A DNA stretch of 62,984 nt, counting the filler, from a bacterium (GTDB taxonomy: Bacteria; JALSQH01): NCBI GenBank assembly GCA_026985515.1. It is 6 parts of 6 records of this genome, joined end to end, with 100 filler letters (N's around TTAATTAATTAA, not from the genome) between each part and the next. Parts side by side here need not be neighbours in the genome. Positions count along the whole stretch, not along the records: positions 1 to 17,312 come from JALSQH010000059.1; positions 17,413 to 34,564 come from JALSQH010000061.1; 4 more parts are not named here. One strand, given 5' to 3'. A program made the translations under genes and the position numbers. The notes under the pieces are model-generated. The model made no database searches. It was not told the DNA's origin and worked only from the letters and a program-made list of their open reading frames with translations. Of the stretch, positions 9,272-19,924 are shown piece after piece (the first letter of the stretch is position 1; each line of letters starts with the position of its first letter).

Positions 9272-11104
9272 TTGAATAACAGCGCATTTAAAGGTATTAT
9301 TTTATGGACCGCAATAATCATCTTTTTCATTCTCCTTTACAATCTATTCTATTCGCCTGAGAAGAGGAAAATTGAACTTACTTACTCTGAGTTCCTGGAA
9401 AAGGTAAGCTCAGAGGAAGTAAAATCTGTCCTTATAAAAGGCTCAGAAATAGAAGGATTGATGAAGGATGGTACCCAGTTTCACACCTATGCCCCCAATG
9501 ATCCCCAGATGATAGATTTCCTAAGAAAGTACCACGTTGACATCGCTGCAAAACCCGCGCCGGAGGAACCTCTCTGGAAATCGATACTGATCGGCTGGGC
9601 GCCAATGATACTCTTGATCCTGGTGTGGATCTTCTTCATGCGGCAGATGCAGGCAGGGAGTGGGAAAGCCTTCTCCTTTGGTAAAAGCAGAGCCAAAATG
9701 GTAAATGCCAATGAAAGCAAAGTTACCTTCAAGGATGTTGCAGGTATTGATGAGGCAAAGGAGGAACTGGAAGAGATCATTGAATTTCTAAAGAACCCCA
9801 AAAAATTCACAAAACTTGGTGGAAAAATACCAAAGGGTGTACTTCTCATTGGTCCTCCCGGTACCGGCAAAACTCTCCTTGCAAAGGCAATTGCAGGGGA
9901 GGCTGGAGTACCCTTCTTTTCCATAAGTGGAAGTGACTTTGTAGAGATGTTTGTTGGAGTTGGTGCATCAAGGGTGAGGGATCTGTTTGATCAGGCAAAG
10001 AGGAATGCTCCATCTATCATCTTTATCGACGAGATAGACGCAGTCGGAAGACAGAGAGGTACGGGGCTGGGTGGAGGACATGATGAGAGAGAGCAGACAC
10101 TGAATCAGCTGCTGGTTGAGATGGATGGTTTCGATGCAAATGAGGAAGTTATAGTCATTGCTGCCACAAACAGACCAGACGTACTTGATCCAGCTTTACT
10201 GAGACCGGGAAGATTTGACAGAAGAATTGTTATTCCACGTCCCGATGTCAAGGGAAGACTTGAAATTCTGAAAGTACATACAAGGAACAAACCACTTGCT
10301 GAGGATGTGAATCTCGAAATTCTGGCAAAATCAACACCTGGATTCTCAGGTGCAGATCTTGCAAATCTGGTAAACGAAGCAGCCCTCATTGCAGCAAGGA
10401 AGAACAAAAACAAAATTGAAATGGAGGATTTTGAGGAAGCCAAGGATAAGGTACTGATGGGTGTTGAGAGAAAAAGCATGGTGATAAGTGAGGAGGAGAA
10501 GAAGAACACAGCCTATCATGAGTCAGGGCACGCTCTTGTTGCAAAACTCACACCGGGAGCTGATCCCGTTCACAAGGTAACCATCATACCCAGAGGAATG
10601 GCTCTGGGTGTAACCCAGCAACTCCCCATTGATGACAGGTATACCTACACAAAAGAATATCTGATGGCAAACATAGCTGTACTGATGGGAGGAAGAGCTG
10701 CTGAAGAAATAGTTCTTGGCCACATAACCACCGGCGCAGGAAACGATATAGATAGAGCCACAGAAATAGCAAGGAAGATGGTGTGTGAATGGGGGATGAG
10801 CGAAAGACTGGGTCCCCTCTCCTTCGGTCACGAAGATGAAGCTGTTTTCCTGGGAAGGGATCTTGTAACCAGAGCCAAATATTCTGAAGAAACAGCAAGA
10901 TTAATTGATGAAGAAGTCAAGAGAATCGTTGTCACAGCATACAACTATGCAAAGAATCTTTTAAAGGCAAACATTCAGATTCTGCATGAAATGGCAAAAG
11001 TTCTGCTGGAGAAGGAGATAATAACCTCTGAAGAAATTGATGAAATAATATCCAGATTCAACGTGGTAAAAGGTAATATTGAGGAACTGGTGGGGACCAT
11101 TTAA
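9272..11104 (+). CDS. ftsH: ATP-dependent zinc metalloprotease FtsH
   Basis: Two TMs, Walker [43 protein letters not shown] zinc motif. Confidence 0.98.
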   Translation: MNNSAFKGIILWTAIIIFFILLYNLFYSPEKRKIELTYSEFLEKVSSEEVKSVLIKGSEIEGLMKDGTQFHTYAPNDPQMIDFLRKYHVDIAAKPAPEEPLWKSILIGWAPMILLILVWIFFMRQMQAGSGKAFSFGKSRAKMVNANESKVTFKDVAGIDEAKEELEEIIEFLKNPKKFTKLGGKIPKGVLLIGPPGTGKTLLAKAIAGEAGVPFFSISGSDFVEMFVGVGASRVRDLFDQAKRNAPSIIFIDEIDAVGRQRGTGLGGGHDEREQTLNQLLVEMDGFDANEEVIVIAATNRPDVLDPALLRPGRFDRRIVIPRPDVKGRLEILKVHTRNKPLAEDVNLEILAKSTPGFSGADLANLVNEAALIAARKNKNKIEMEDFEEAKDKVLMGVERKSMVISEEEKKNTAYHESGHALVAKLTPGADPVHKVTIIPRGMALGVTQQLPIDDRYTYTKEYLMANIAVLMGGRAAEEIVLGHITTGAGNDIDRATEIARKMVCEWGMSERLGPLSFGHEDEAVFLGRDLVTRAKYSEETARLIDEEVKRIVVTAYNYAKNLLKANIQILHEMAKVLLEKEIITSEEIDEIISRFNVVKGNIEELVGTI

Positions 11105-12325
11105 ATGTACACCATTCACTTCCTCACCCTTGAAGAGGCAGAAGAGTTTCTCAAGGAAAGAATAAATGTTTTCCCCGGGGTCGTTCCCCTTTTTCGGGAT
11201 AAAATTGATCTCAGAGTAATATACATTCCATCTGTAAATTATGTTCAGGGAAATATAATCAAACAGGAAGCTCTTGCATCAGATATTGATGCTGCAATAC
11301 CACAGGGAATGATTGACGCAACGAGAGAGAGTGGTCCGGTACTCATAATAGGAGACCTTCACCGTATAAAGAGATTGATCGCCAAATTGAAACTGCAGCC
11401 CTACGGTTTGAAGAAGATTGCAGAAAGCTTAGAGGAACTTATTGAAAAAGAACCTTTAAAATTCAGAATCCCCGCGAAGGGGATCGAATTTGATTGCCGC
11501 AATCCAGTTATAATGGGAATTCTCAATGTAACCCCCGATTCCTTTTCAGATGGAGGGAAATATAACACACTGGAGAGAGCTCTCAGCCGGGTGGAAGAAA
11601 TGATTAGAGACGGTGCCGACATAATTGATGTGGGAGGGGAATCAACCAGACCGGGTGCCTCACCTGTTGATGTTAACGAGGAATTGAAAAGAACAATACC
11701 CATCATTGAAGAGATAAGGAAAAGATTTGAGATTCCCATCTCCATCGACACCTCAAAACCTGAAGTGGCAAAAAGGGCACTGGAGGCAGGAGCTGACATA
11801 ATAAATGATGTAACGGCAGCCAGAGAGCCAGAAATGGAAAAACTGATCATAGAGACAAAATCTCCCGTTGTTCTGATGCACATGCAGGGAGAACCACGCA
11901 CCATGCAGAGGAATCCCCATTACGAAGATGTAATAGGAGAAATATATGGATTTCTCAAAGAGAGAGTTAACTTCTTCGTAAGAAATGGTTTAAACTATGA
12001 CCAGATTGCCATAGATCCCGGAATTGGTTTTGGGAAAACCCTTCAGCATAACCTCACGATTTTCAATCACCTGGATTCTTTTTTATCAATAGGTTCACCG
12101 GTTTTAATTGGTCCATCAAGAAAATCCTTTATTGGCATGATTCTTGATGTACCCGTTGAAGAAAGGGAGGAAGGTACAGTTGCCTCGGTAATATGGTCAT
12201 ACATGAAGGGTGCGTGCATTTTCAGAGTTCATGATGTTAAAGAAAATAAGCGGGCACTTGAAGTGGCAAAAGCAATAAAATTTTCTTTTTCTACAGGGAA
12301 GAGGGAAGTTGGTCTTCACCCTTAA
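11105..12325 (+). CDS. folP: Dihydropteroate synthase, long form with N-terminal extension
   Basis: MGILNVTPDSFSDGG, DVGGESTRPG, DPGIGFGK, SRKSF, RVHDV; follows ftsH. Confidence 0.96.
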   Translation: MYTIHFLTLEEAEEFLKERINVFPGVVPLFRDKIDLRVIYIPSVNYVQGNIIKQEALASDIDAAIPQGMIDATRESGPVLIIGDLHRIKRLIAKLKLQPYGLKKIAESLEELIEKEPLKFRIPAKGIEFDCRNPVIMGILNVTPDSFSDGGKYNTLERALSRVEEMIRDGADIIDVGGESTRPGASPVDVNEELKRTIPIIEEIRKRFEIPISIDTSKPEVAKRALEAGADIINDVTAAREPEMEKLIIETKSPVVLMHMQGEPRTMQRNPHYEDVIGEIYGFLKERVNFFVRNGLNYDQIAIDPGIGFGKTLQHNLTIFNHLDSFLSIGSPVLIGPSRKSFIGMILDVPVEEREEGTVASVIWSYMKGACIFRVHDVKENKRALEVAKAIKFSFSTGKREVGLHP

Positions 12326-13064
12326 AGAAATTATTGTCAACATCCTGGACATTATCCTTGTAGCAATCATAATTTACGAGACTATCATTCTGATAAAAGG
12401 CACCAGAACCGTTCAGATGCTCCTTGGAATACTCCTTATAGCCCTTCTTTACTTAGTGGCTCAATATCTTGGGATGCCCACAATTACCTGGCTCTTAGAT
12501 GGCTTCATAAAATATTTCGTTCTCATTCTGATTATTCTCTTCCAGAACGATATCAGAAGAGCCCTCACAGAAGTGGGAAGAAACCCCTTTTTCACCGGCG
12601 TGAGCAGAAGCGAAGAAAAACATGTCTTAGATGAAATTGTAAAAGCCTCCTTCCAGATGGCAAGCAGAAGAATAGGTGCACTCATAGTGATAGAAAGAAG
12701 GGTAAACATTAAGGACATCGTGGAAGATGGTATCACCCTTGATGCAAAGGTATCAAGTGAATTGCTTATGACGATCTTTTTTCCCAGGACACCACTTCAT
12801 GATGGTGCAGTTATTATAAAAGAGGGAAGAATTCTACAGGCAAAGGGGATCCTGCCCCTATCCACAAATCCTGAAATTCCCAGATTCTTTGGTACGAGGC
12901 ACAGAGCAGCAATGGGAATTACAGAACAATCTGACGCCATTGCCATAGTTGTATCTGAAGAGGAGGGAATCGTTTCCTTAGTGGTGGAGGGAAAAATCAC
13001 GAGAGGGCTCCAGCAGAGTGATCTCTTTAACCAGTTAGCGGAACTGTTAGAGGTCAAGGTATGA
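12309..13064 (+). CDS. cdaA: Diadenylate cyclase CdaA/DacA (c-di-AMP synthase)
   Basis: Three N-terminal TMs; DGA (PLHDGA) and RHR (GTRHRAA) motifs; VSEE. Confidence 0.95.
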   Translation: MVFTLKEIIVNILDIILVAIIIYETIILIKGTRTVQMLLGILLIALLYLVAQYLGMPTITWLLDGFIKYFVLILIILFQNDIRRALTEVGRNPFFTGVSRSEEKHVLDEIVKASFQMASRRIGALIVIERRVNIKDIVEDGITLDAKVSSELLMTIFFPRTPLHDGAVIIKEGRILQAKGILPLSTNPEIPRFFGTRHRAAMGITEQSDAIAIVVSEEEGIVSLVVEGKITRGLQQSDLFNQLAELLEVKV

Positions 13065-13981
13065 AAACACTGATAGAAAAGTTGAAAAATCTCTTTACCC
13101 ACAACTGGCAGCTGAAACTCCTTTCCCTTTTTCTCGCCATCCTACTCTGGCTCTTTGCAGTTTTTGAAAAGCCTGTTGATACGACAATTGTGGTTCCCCT
13201 GACATATCAGAATATCCCAAAGCGTATGATCCTTGTTGGCAATCCTCCCGACAGAATTTTAGTGGAAATAAAGGGTCCAAGAGCGCTTATCACCAGTATT
13301 AAAAAGTCCGGAAGTTACAGAATAAATCTCGGTAATCTGAGACCAGGTACAACCGCCATAAAGATAGATCCCTCTAAAATCCACCTTCCCCCCGGGATTG
13401 AAATAACAAAGATCACACCCTCAATAATTGAAATTACAATAGACAGGATTGCAAGCAGGGTTCTCCCTGTGAGGGTGAGAACAAAAGGTTTGCTTCCCCC
13501 CGGTCTGGAATTGAAAAAAATTACAGTTGAACCATCAAAAATTAAACTGACAGGGGCAGCCTCCCAGTTAAACAGCCTGAGAGCAATCTATACCGAATTC
13601 ATTGACCTCTCTGATATCAAAACATCCCAGACAATTGATGTGGAACTGGATTTTGGAAATTTAACACTTGTGGAAGTCACAACGAGAATTGTTCATGTAA
13701 GAATAGAGGTAATGGCAAGAAAGATTCTAAAAGAGTTCAACAACGTTCCCATCCATGTGTTTGGAGGTAAAAATTTTGTGTTAAAAGATAAAACTGCACA
13801 TCTTAAACTTTACGGTCCGCAGATGATACTTGGTAAGCTCACCCCTTCAGATATAAAAGTTTATATTAACATAGCAGGCTTCAAAAAGGGAAGAAGAAGA
13901 GCAAGGGTGGAGGTTGATCTGCCTCCACAAACAAGACTCGTTGAGATTTCACCACTCTTTGCAGAGGTGATTATCCATTGA
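13061..13981 (+). CDS. cdaR: CdaR (YbbR-repeat) regulator of diadenylate cyclase
   Basis: N-terminal KLLSLFLAILLW anchor; repeated beta-rich YbbR-like domains; immediately after cdaA. Confidence 0.88.
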   Translation: MKTLIEKLKNLFTHNWQLKLLSLFLAILLWLFAVFEKPVDTTIVVPLTYQNIPKRMILVGNPPDRILVEIKGPRALITSIKKSGSYRINLGNLRPGTTAIKIDPSKIHLPPGIEITKITPSIIEITIDRIASRVLPVRVRTKGLLPPGLELKKITVEPSKIKLTGAASQLNSLRAIYTEFIDLSDIKTSQTIDVELDFGNLTLVEVTTRIVHVRIEVMARKILKEFNNVPIHVFGGKNFVLKDKTAHLKLYGPQMILGKLTPSDIKVYINIAGFKKGRRRARVEVDLPPQTRLVEISPLFAEVIIH

Positions 13982-16008
13982 AAAGATGGACAATCTATCT
14001 CCTCTATTCACTCATCTTTCTAATCTTGCCCCTTTTTCACTGGGGCCTTGAATATATTTACACAAAATTTCTGGTCTGGTCCCTGCTTTTTTCCTTCATT
14101 ATTCTTCTATCTGATGAATTACCACTTCCCGGTAAGAAAAGTGTGCTGTTCCTCCTTCCCTTTATCATTTCTCTGATTTCCCTGATCCTTTTCTCTGATC
14201 ACCCGCTGTGGGGCTATCATCTCACGATGCTATTTCTCCTCTTCCTCTTCTTTCCTCTATTCCTTTTCCACCACTTCAAAAAAATCCACAGAGGAAACCT
14301 TCTTCTCCTCATCCTTCTCACAATTCCCCTTCTCACAATTGAGGTAGTTGGTATTCTTCAGTTCTTCAAAATTCTCCCCCTCCCCATAGACAGATATGGA
14401 AAACCAGATCCGGGTAGCCTTGTGGGATTATCCAACTTCGCCTCACACTATATCGTCATCATCCTCCCTGCAGTAATTTTTCTGATGAGCAGAGAAATCA
14501 AGAATAAAATTCTTTCCATCTCCGTGATCTTTATCACCCTTTCCCTATCACTTTACTATCTTGCAATTGCGGCAAACAGGGCATCTTTTGTGGCACTTCT
14601 TGTTATTCTCCTTCTGTGGGTAGCAATGCAAATCAGGAAACAGTGGAGGGAGATTCTCATAACTTCAGCAGCCGCACTTTTAATTCTATTTGCCACAGGT
14701 ACCCTCAATCGTGCCTACAGAAGATTTATTACAACCTTTAATTTCTCTGACCCCGCCATAGGATATCGTCTTCATCTCTGGGAAGCTTCTCTTAAAGCAT
14801 TACCTCACAATCTTTCAGGAATGGGTATGGGAGATTTCAGATTTGAAATCTGGAAATACATTGATTACTACTTGAAAAAAATGACAGTTACAGGTGACAT
14901 AATAATTCAGCACGCACATAACGAATACATTGAGGCAACTCTTGAGGGGAGCCTGCTTCTTCTATTTTCCATACTTCTGATTCTCTTCCTTTCCATTGCT
15001 CGGTCCAGGAGTGAAGAAAGATTTACAATTTACCCCATAGCATCTGCATCCACCGTTTCCTTCTTTTCCTTTCCCATGCACATGCCACTATCACTTTTCG
15101 TAACAGCGATTTTCGTCACAGGGAAAGAATACTTTCACAACCTTTTCATATGGAAGAAAAATTTTCCCTACAGGATTCTTCTTTTCCTCCTGTTCTTCAT
15201 CCACTCACTATTTCTCTTCAACCTTTCAACTGCTGAATACCATTCAAGGAGGGGCATCAACTTCATAATAAAAAAGGACTACAATAGCTGTGAGAAAGAA
15301 TTCACAGAAGCAATTTCACACTTCAGAGAAGAACCTGACTACTTCTACAACAGAGCAGTTTGCAGGGAAAACCTCAAACTCACAGGTGGAGCAATAAGGG
15401 ATCTCAAAGAAGCCATTAAAATTTCCCCCTACCAGCCACAACCATATAAATTTCTGGGTGTTCTCTATCTGAAGGAGAACAACAAACAGGAAGGAATCAG
15501 ATGGTTGAAAAAGTATCTGAACCTTACTGGTGAACCAATAGAAGTCCAGCCCATCCACTTCGTTATTGCAGCATCCCTCGACATTGGAGACGTTGCTACG
15601 GCAGGTAAATATCTGAAAATTGCTGAGAGGAGATTCCCTTCAAACAAAATCATACTTCTTGATAAACTTGCTTACCTACTGGCTACAAAGAAGTACAGAA
15701 AAGCTGAAAAACTATCTGGAGCAATAGAAAAGATGTTTGCTTCCCTTCCGCCTGAATATTACATGATGAAAGCCCAACTCCTTATTCACCTCAACAGATC
15801 ACCACTTCCGTCACTGAAAATCCTCATCCAGAAAAAACCAGATCCTCAGCTCATCTTAACATATCTCCTTGAGATAAAAAGAGAGAAGGGTGAAAAAAGG
15901 GCTCTGGAAGAGATGGAGAATATCTTGAAAAAAAACCCTTCTCTGCTAAATTATCTTCTGCGGAACAGGGAAATGAGAGAGATTCTCAGGAGAGGAGAAA
16001 AGAGATGA
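13978..16008 (+). CDS. O-antigen ligase-like (Wzy_C) membrane protein with C-terminal TPR repeats
   Basis: About 12 TMs; NRA, R...W, G.G.G.F, HAHNEY motifs; TPR-like C-terminus (YFYNRA...AI.DLKEAIKISP). Confidence 0.8.
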   Translation: MKRWTIYLLYSLIFLILPLFHWGLEYIYTKFLVWSLLFSFIILLSDELPLPGKKSVLFLLPFIISLISLILFSDHPLWGYHLTMLFLLFLFFPLFLFHHFKKIHRGNLLLLILLTIPLLTIEVVGILQFFKILPLPIDRYGKPDPGSLVGLSNFASHYIVIILPAVIFLMSREIKNKILSISVIFITLSLSLYYLAIAANRASFVALLVILLLWVAMQIRKQWREILITSAAALLILFATGTLNRAYRRFITTFNFSDPAIGYRLHLWEASLKALPHNLSGMGMGDFRFEIWKYIDYYLKKMTVTGDIIIQHAHNEYIEATLEGSLLLLFSILLILFLSIARSRSEERFTIYPIASASTVSFFSFPMHMPLSLFVTAIFVTGKEYFHNLFIWKKNFPYRILLFLLFFIHSLFLFNLSTAEYHSRRGINFIIKKDYNSCEKEFTEAISHFREEPDYFYNRAVCRENLKLTGGAIRDLKEAIKISPYQPQPYKFLGVLYLKENNKQEGIRWLKKYLNLTGEPIEVQPIHFVIAASLDIGDVATAGKYLKIAERRFPSNKIILLDKLAYLLATKKYRKAEKLSGAIEKMFASLPPEYYMMKAQLLIHLNRSPLPSLKILIQKKPDPQLILTYLLEIKREKGEKRALEEMENILKKNPSLLNYLLRNREMREILRRGEKR

Positions 16009-17312
16009 AAAAACTCTTTGGTACAGACGGTATAAGAGGTGAGGCAAACAGATACCCCATAATTCCTGAAATAGCACTGAAAATTGGAATGGCAGCAGCC
16101 ATTCAGTTCAGAAACGGGAACAGACGCCATAAGTTCATAATAGGAAAAGACACAAGAATCTCAGGATACATGCTTGAAACAGCAATGACCTCCGGAATCA
16201 TCTCCATGGGAGGAGATGTGTTACTTACAGGTCCCTTTCCCACCCCTGGCATTGCCTTTCTCACGGGAAGCATGAGGGCAGATGCTGGAATCGTTATATC
16301 TGCCTCACACAATCCTTATTACGATAACGGTATAAAATTTTTCGACAGAAACGGCTACAAACTTCCCGACGAAATTGAAAATAGAATTGAACAACTTTTA
16401 GAAAACCCTGAAGAAATGGATAGAATGAGGGTACCATCCTCCAGACTGGGAAAAGCACGCAGGATAAGTGACGCCAGGGGAAGATACATCGTCTTCCTCA
16501 AGTCCACATTTCCCATTGACCAGACTTTAGAGGGAATGAAAATAGCCCTGGACTGCGCCAATGGTGCAACCTACAGAATCGCCCCGGAGGTTTTTTCTGA
16601 GTTAGGTGCCGATGTTATCCCGGTGGGGGTAAATCCTGATGGATTCAACATAAATGATAATTGCGGTGCCCTTTACCCTGAAAACATAGCAAAAATTGTC
16701 AGGGAATCAGGTGCAGATGCAGGTATAGCATTCGATGGAGATGGTGACAGGGTAATTATGGTGGATGAAAAGGGAGAAATTGTGGATGGTGATGACATTC
16801 TTGCCATGCTGGCATCAAGACTGCTTGAGGAGGATTCTCTTCCCCACAGAACCATTGTGGGAACCGTCATGACAAATGGTGCCCTGGAACAGCTGATGAA
16901 AGAGAAGGGTGGGAAATTGATAAGAACCCCTGTTGGAGATAGATATGTTGCGGAAAAAATGAGAGAAGGGGGATTTATTCTTGGTGGAGAAAATTCGGGA
17001 CACATTATTTACGCAAAGTATTCCACTACAGGAGATGGTATTCTCACTGCTCTGCAGGTCCTTGCACTGATGACAACAAGGGGCAAACCTCTCTCGGAGC
17101 TGAGAAAAATTATAGAAAAGTACCCTCAGCTGATGAAAAGCTTTCGCTACAGGGAGAAGAAGGAATTGTCTTCAATAGATCAATTGAATAAGCTGAAAGA
17201 GGAAGCTATGAAAGATCTTGGTGAGAGCGGTAGAATTCTTATCAGATACTCTGGGACCGAACCAAAGGTGAGGATAATGGTTGAAGCGGATGATGAGGAA
17301 AAGGCGAGAGTC
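16005..17312 (+). CDS. glmM: Phosphoglucosamine mutase, 3' end cut by gap
   Basis: FGTDGIRG, GKDTRISG, ISASHNP, FDGDGDR, GGENSGH, RYSGTEP. Confidence 0.96.
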
Positions 17313-17412
17313 NNNNNNNNNNNNNNNNNNNNNNNNNNNNNNNNNNNNNNNNNNNNTTAATTAATTAANNNNNNNNNNNNNNNNNNNNNNNNNNNNNNNN
17401 NNNNNNNNNNNN
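17313..17412. other. Assembly gap with artificial linker
   Basis: N-run containing TTAATTAATTAA (stops in all six frames). Confidence 0.99.
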
Positions 17413-17414
17413 AA

Positions 17415-18512
17415 TTTACCTGTGGAATCAGGGATGATGGAAGTTTATGGTGCTGGGGGTCTAACACCCACGGTCAATTGGGAACAGGAGATCATTTTTC
17501 AAGAAATCATCCTGAATTTATTGATCAGGGTCCCTGGGATATGGTCGAAACAGGAGGTTATTATGATTATGAGAAAAGTCAACACATACAGCATGCATGT
17601 GGAATAAAAGGAGGCATAGTTTACTGCTGGGGATCAAATTTATATGGACAGATTGGAACAGGCAGTGACGGAGGTGATGTGACAGTTCCACATACTGTAC
17701 AGACACCTTCTCTTCTCGGTGGAACTGTTGATTTGAGGGGGAGTTTCGTAACTTCTGGAGGATTTCACTCTTGTGCGCTTCACCAGATAGGGTCTGCGAT
17801 CTGGATATATTGCTGGGGAAGAAATAATTTTGGTCAGCTTGGTGTCAATAGCGGAGATAATCAGTTAAATGTGGCACTGCCTGTGGCAAATTCATCAAAT
17901 CACAATTGGATAACTGTATCTGCAGGAAGATTTCATACCTGTGCAGTTGATGATGATTATTCATTGTGGTGCTGGGGACAGAATAGCTATGGTCAGCTTG
18001 GTGATGGTACTTATGACAACCATCCTGAACCAGAAAAAGTGAGTCAGAACAATTTCTGGGTAAATGTATATTCCGGAGCAAGCATGACCTGTGGTCAGCA
18101 TTTTCTCACCATTGCCTGCTGGGGGGATGACACCTATGGGCAGCTGGGTAACGGGGATGAGTATGGATCGACTAACAGTGCAGATAATGCACATAATCTT
18201 GATACTGACCAGTATATATTTAACCTTTCCACTGCTATGACCACAGTTTGTGGATTGAGTGGCCAATCTTTATTTTGCTGGGGCTCTAATGATTATGGAG
18301 AAATTGGAGATGGAACCAGGATAAACAAACAATCTCCTGTCCATGTATCTGATGGATGGACAAAAGTTTCTGCCGGAAATTATCACACCTGTGGTATTCA
18401 GACCGACGGTTCCCTCTGGTGCTGGGGACATAATGGATATGGTGAGCTTGGCGATGGTACCACTACAAGCAGAACCTCTCCAGTACATGTGTATCCTACT
18501 CCATGGCCATAG
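17415..18512 (+). CDS. RCC1/BLIP-II-like beta-propeller repeat protein, 5' truncated
   Basis: Frame is open from the contig edge (FTCGIRDDGSLWCWGSNTHGQLG); seven CWG.(N/D)..G(Q/E)(L/I)G repeats with (H/T)TC motifs. Confidence 0.9.
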   Translation, partial: FTCGIRDDGSLWCWGSNTHGQLGTGDHFSRNHPEFIDQGPWDMVETGGYYDYEKSQHIQHACGIKGGIVYCWGSNLYGQIGTGSDGGDVTVPHTVQTPSLLGGTVDLRGSFVTSGGFHSCALHQIGSAIWIYCWGRNNFGQLGVNSGDNQLNVALPVANSSNHNWITVSAGRFHTCAVDDDYSLWCWGQNSYGQLGDGTYDNHPEPEKVSQNNFWVNVYSGASMTCGQHFLTIACWGDDTYGQLGNGDEYGSTNSADNAHNLDTDQYIFNLSTAMTTVCGLSGQSLFCWGSNDYGEIGDGTRINKQSPVHVSDGWTKVSAGNYHTCGIQTDGSLWCWGHNGYGELGDGTTTSRTSPVHVYPTPWP

Positions 18513-18523
18513 GAGGTGTTTTG

Positions 18524-19924
18524 ATGATTGTAAGAATTTTTGAAGGAGATCTGATGCTGAAGAAGATGGAGTTGAAGGAGGAGAAGAGATATCGTCTGGG
18601 AAGCGACCAGGAGTGTGAAATAAGGCTTGAGAAGTCATCTCCACTGGAGGGAGAGATCTACTTTTCGGAGGGAAAGTGGTTTTTCAAGAGGGTTAAGGAA
18701 AAGGACGCCATTGAAATCAATCCGGGGTACACTTTCAATATCGGTGATTACTCCCTGAGGTTCGCCCTTCCGGTTTTCCCTTCAGGCCGGGATGAGAAAA
18801 CCATGGTTTATGAAATGAATGATTCCACGATTGTGATAAGCAGGGGAAGGAAACCACACATACTCTTTCTGAATGGTGAGTTTAAGGGAAAGGAAGTTGA
18901 AATTGATAAGCCGATTTTCACTATAGGGAGGGTGGAGGGGAATGATCTTGTGATACCTGATCCGGGAGTTTCAAGACAGCACTGCAGAATAGTAAACAAG
19001 AGCGGAAAATATTTTATCGAAGATTTTAACAGCACCAATGGAACCTTTGTTAATGGGGAGAGGGTAAAGAGTGCAGAGTTGAAATCTGGTGACGAAATTG
19101 AAATAGGTCAGGCAAAACTGCAGTTCTGGATGGAGGAGAAGAGTTACGGCGGTAAGAGAATGAGCAGAGATGAGACCATTGTATCGGGTAAAAAAATCAA
19201 CATGAGAATCATTCTGCTCTCTGCAGGAATTATTCTTGCACTGCTTTTTATATTTCTCTCTTCTCAGCCCGGTACCAGAAAAGAGGTCAGAAAGAATATT
19301 CCTGAACAACTGCCCGTTGAGAGCAGAAGTGAGTTGTCCCTCCCTTCAGTAGTAGAGGTATCTCATAAAGAGGAAAGTGGAGGGGGAGTTGAGGAGAAGA
19401 AAAATCTTTCTGAGAAGGAGACAGTGGCTAAAAATTCGCAGGAGAAACAGGTTCAGGCTTCACCAGAAAGGGTGACGGAGAAAAGAAGAGAAAAAATCAA
19501 GGTTAAGACGAGAAAGAGGGTGATAAAGAGTCATAAACCCTCTGCTACAATCACCCCCTGGTGGAGAAATCTGCCCTGTAAGTATCTTTTCTCAAACTGG
19601 AGTGTTGTTGAGAAAGATTTTTCTTCATCCAGAGAACTTCAGGATAAGATCTATACCTGTGCTTCTTTGAGCATAAAAGATTCTCTGACAAAAAAGGATT
19701 ACTCCTCTGCAATGGAGACTTACAGCAAGGTGAAACTTCTCAATAAAAGGGTGCCCCAGAAGATCATCACACTGTTTGATAATGCCGTTAAGGATATTTA
19801 CAGGCAGGCATATCTACTTGAAGATGTTGACCCTGACACTGCAAGGGAGATCTACAGAAGGATAGTGAATATAACCCCACCTGAAAGCGAGTACCACAGG
19901 AAGGCTGAGGAGAGATTGAGATGA
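18524..19924 (+). CDS. FHA-domain membrane protein (degenerate FHA + canonical FHA, TM, extracytoplasmic helical C-terminus)
   Basis: IGR..GND....D..VSRQH...DFNSTNGTFVNG is a canonical FHA; TM IILLSAGIILALLFIFL; SD AGGAGG favours a start at 18521/18524. Confidence 0.88.
   Translation: MIVRIFEGDLMLKKMELKEEKRYRLGSDQECEIRLEKSSPLEGEIYFSEGKWFFKRVKEKDAIEINPGYTFNIGDYSLRFALPVFPSGRDEKTMVYEMNDSTIVISRGRKPHILFLNGEFKGKEVEIDKPIFTIGRVEGNDLVIPDPGVSRQHCRIVNKSGKYFIEDFNSTNGTFVNGERVKSAELKSGDEIEIGQAKLQFWMEEKSYGGKRMSRDETIVSGKKINMRIILLSAGIILALLFIFLSSQPGTRKEVRKNIPEQLPVESRSELSLPSVVEVSHKEESGGGVEEKKNLSEKETVAKNSQEKQVQASPERVTEKRREKIKVKTRKRVIKSHKPSATITPWWRNLPCKYLFSNWSVVEKDFSSSRELQDKIYTCASLSIKDSLTKKDYSSAMETYSKVKLLNKRVPQKIITLFDNAVKDIYRQAYLLEDVDPDTAREIYRRIVNITPPESEYHRKAEERLR

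Noticed and set aside
11105..11500. N-terminal extension on FolP as a novel fusion
   Set aside because: From recall, long-form FolP with such an extension is widespread in several anaerobic and thermophilic lineages
9487..11904. Long antisense ORFs over ftsH and folP, with similar ones over lon, coaBC, purC/Q and pycA
   Set aside because: Shadow ORFs opposite conserved genes; low-complexity Ser/Phe/Ile composition and no motifs
17967..18460. 44-nt near-identical repeats 450 bp apart (5 mismatches) suggesting a DGR template/variable pair
   Set aside because: Both copies are in-frame RCC1 repeats, mismatches are not adenine-specific, and no reverse transcriptase is present
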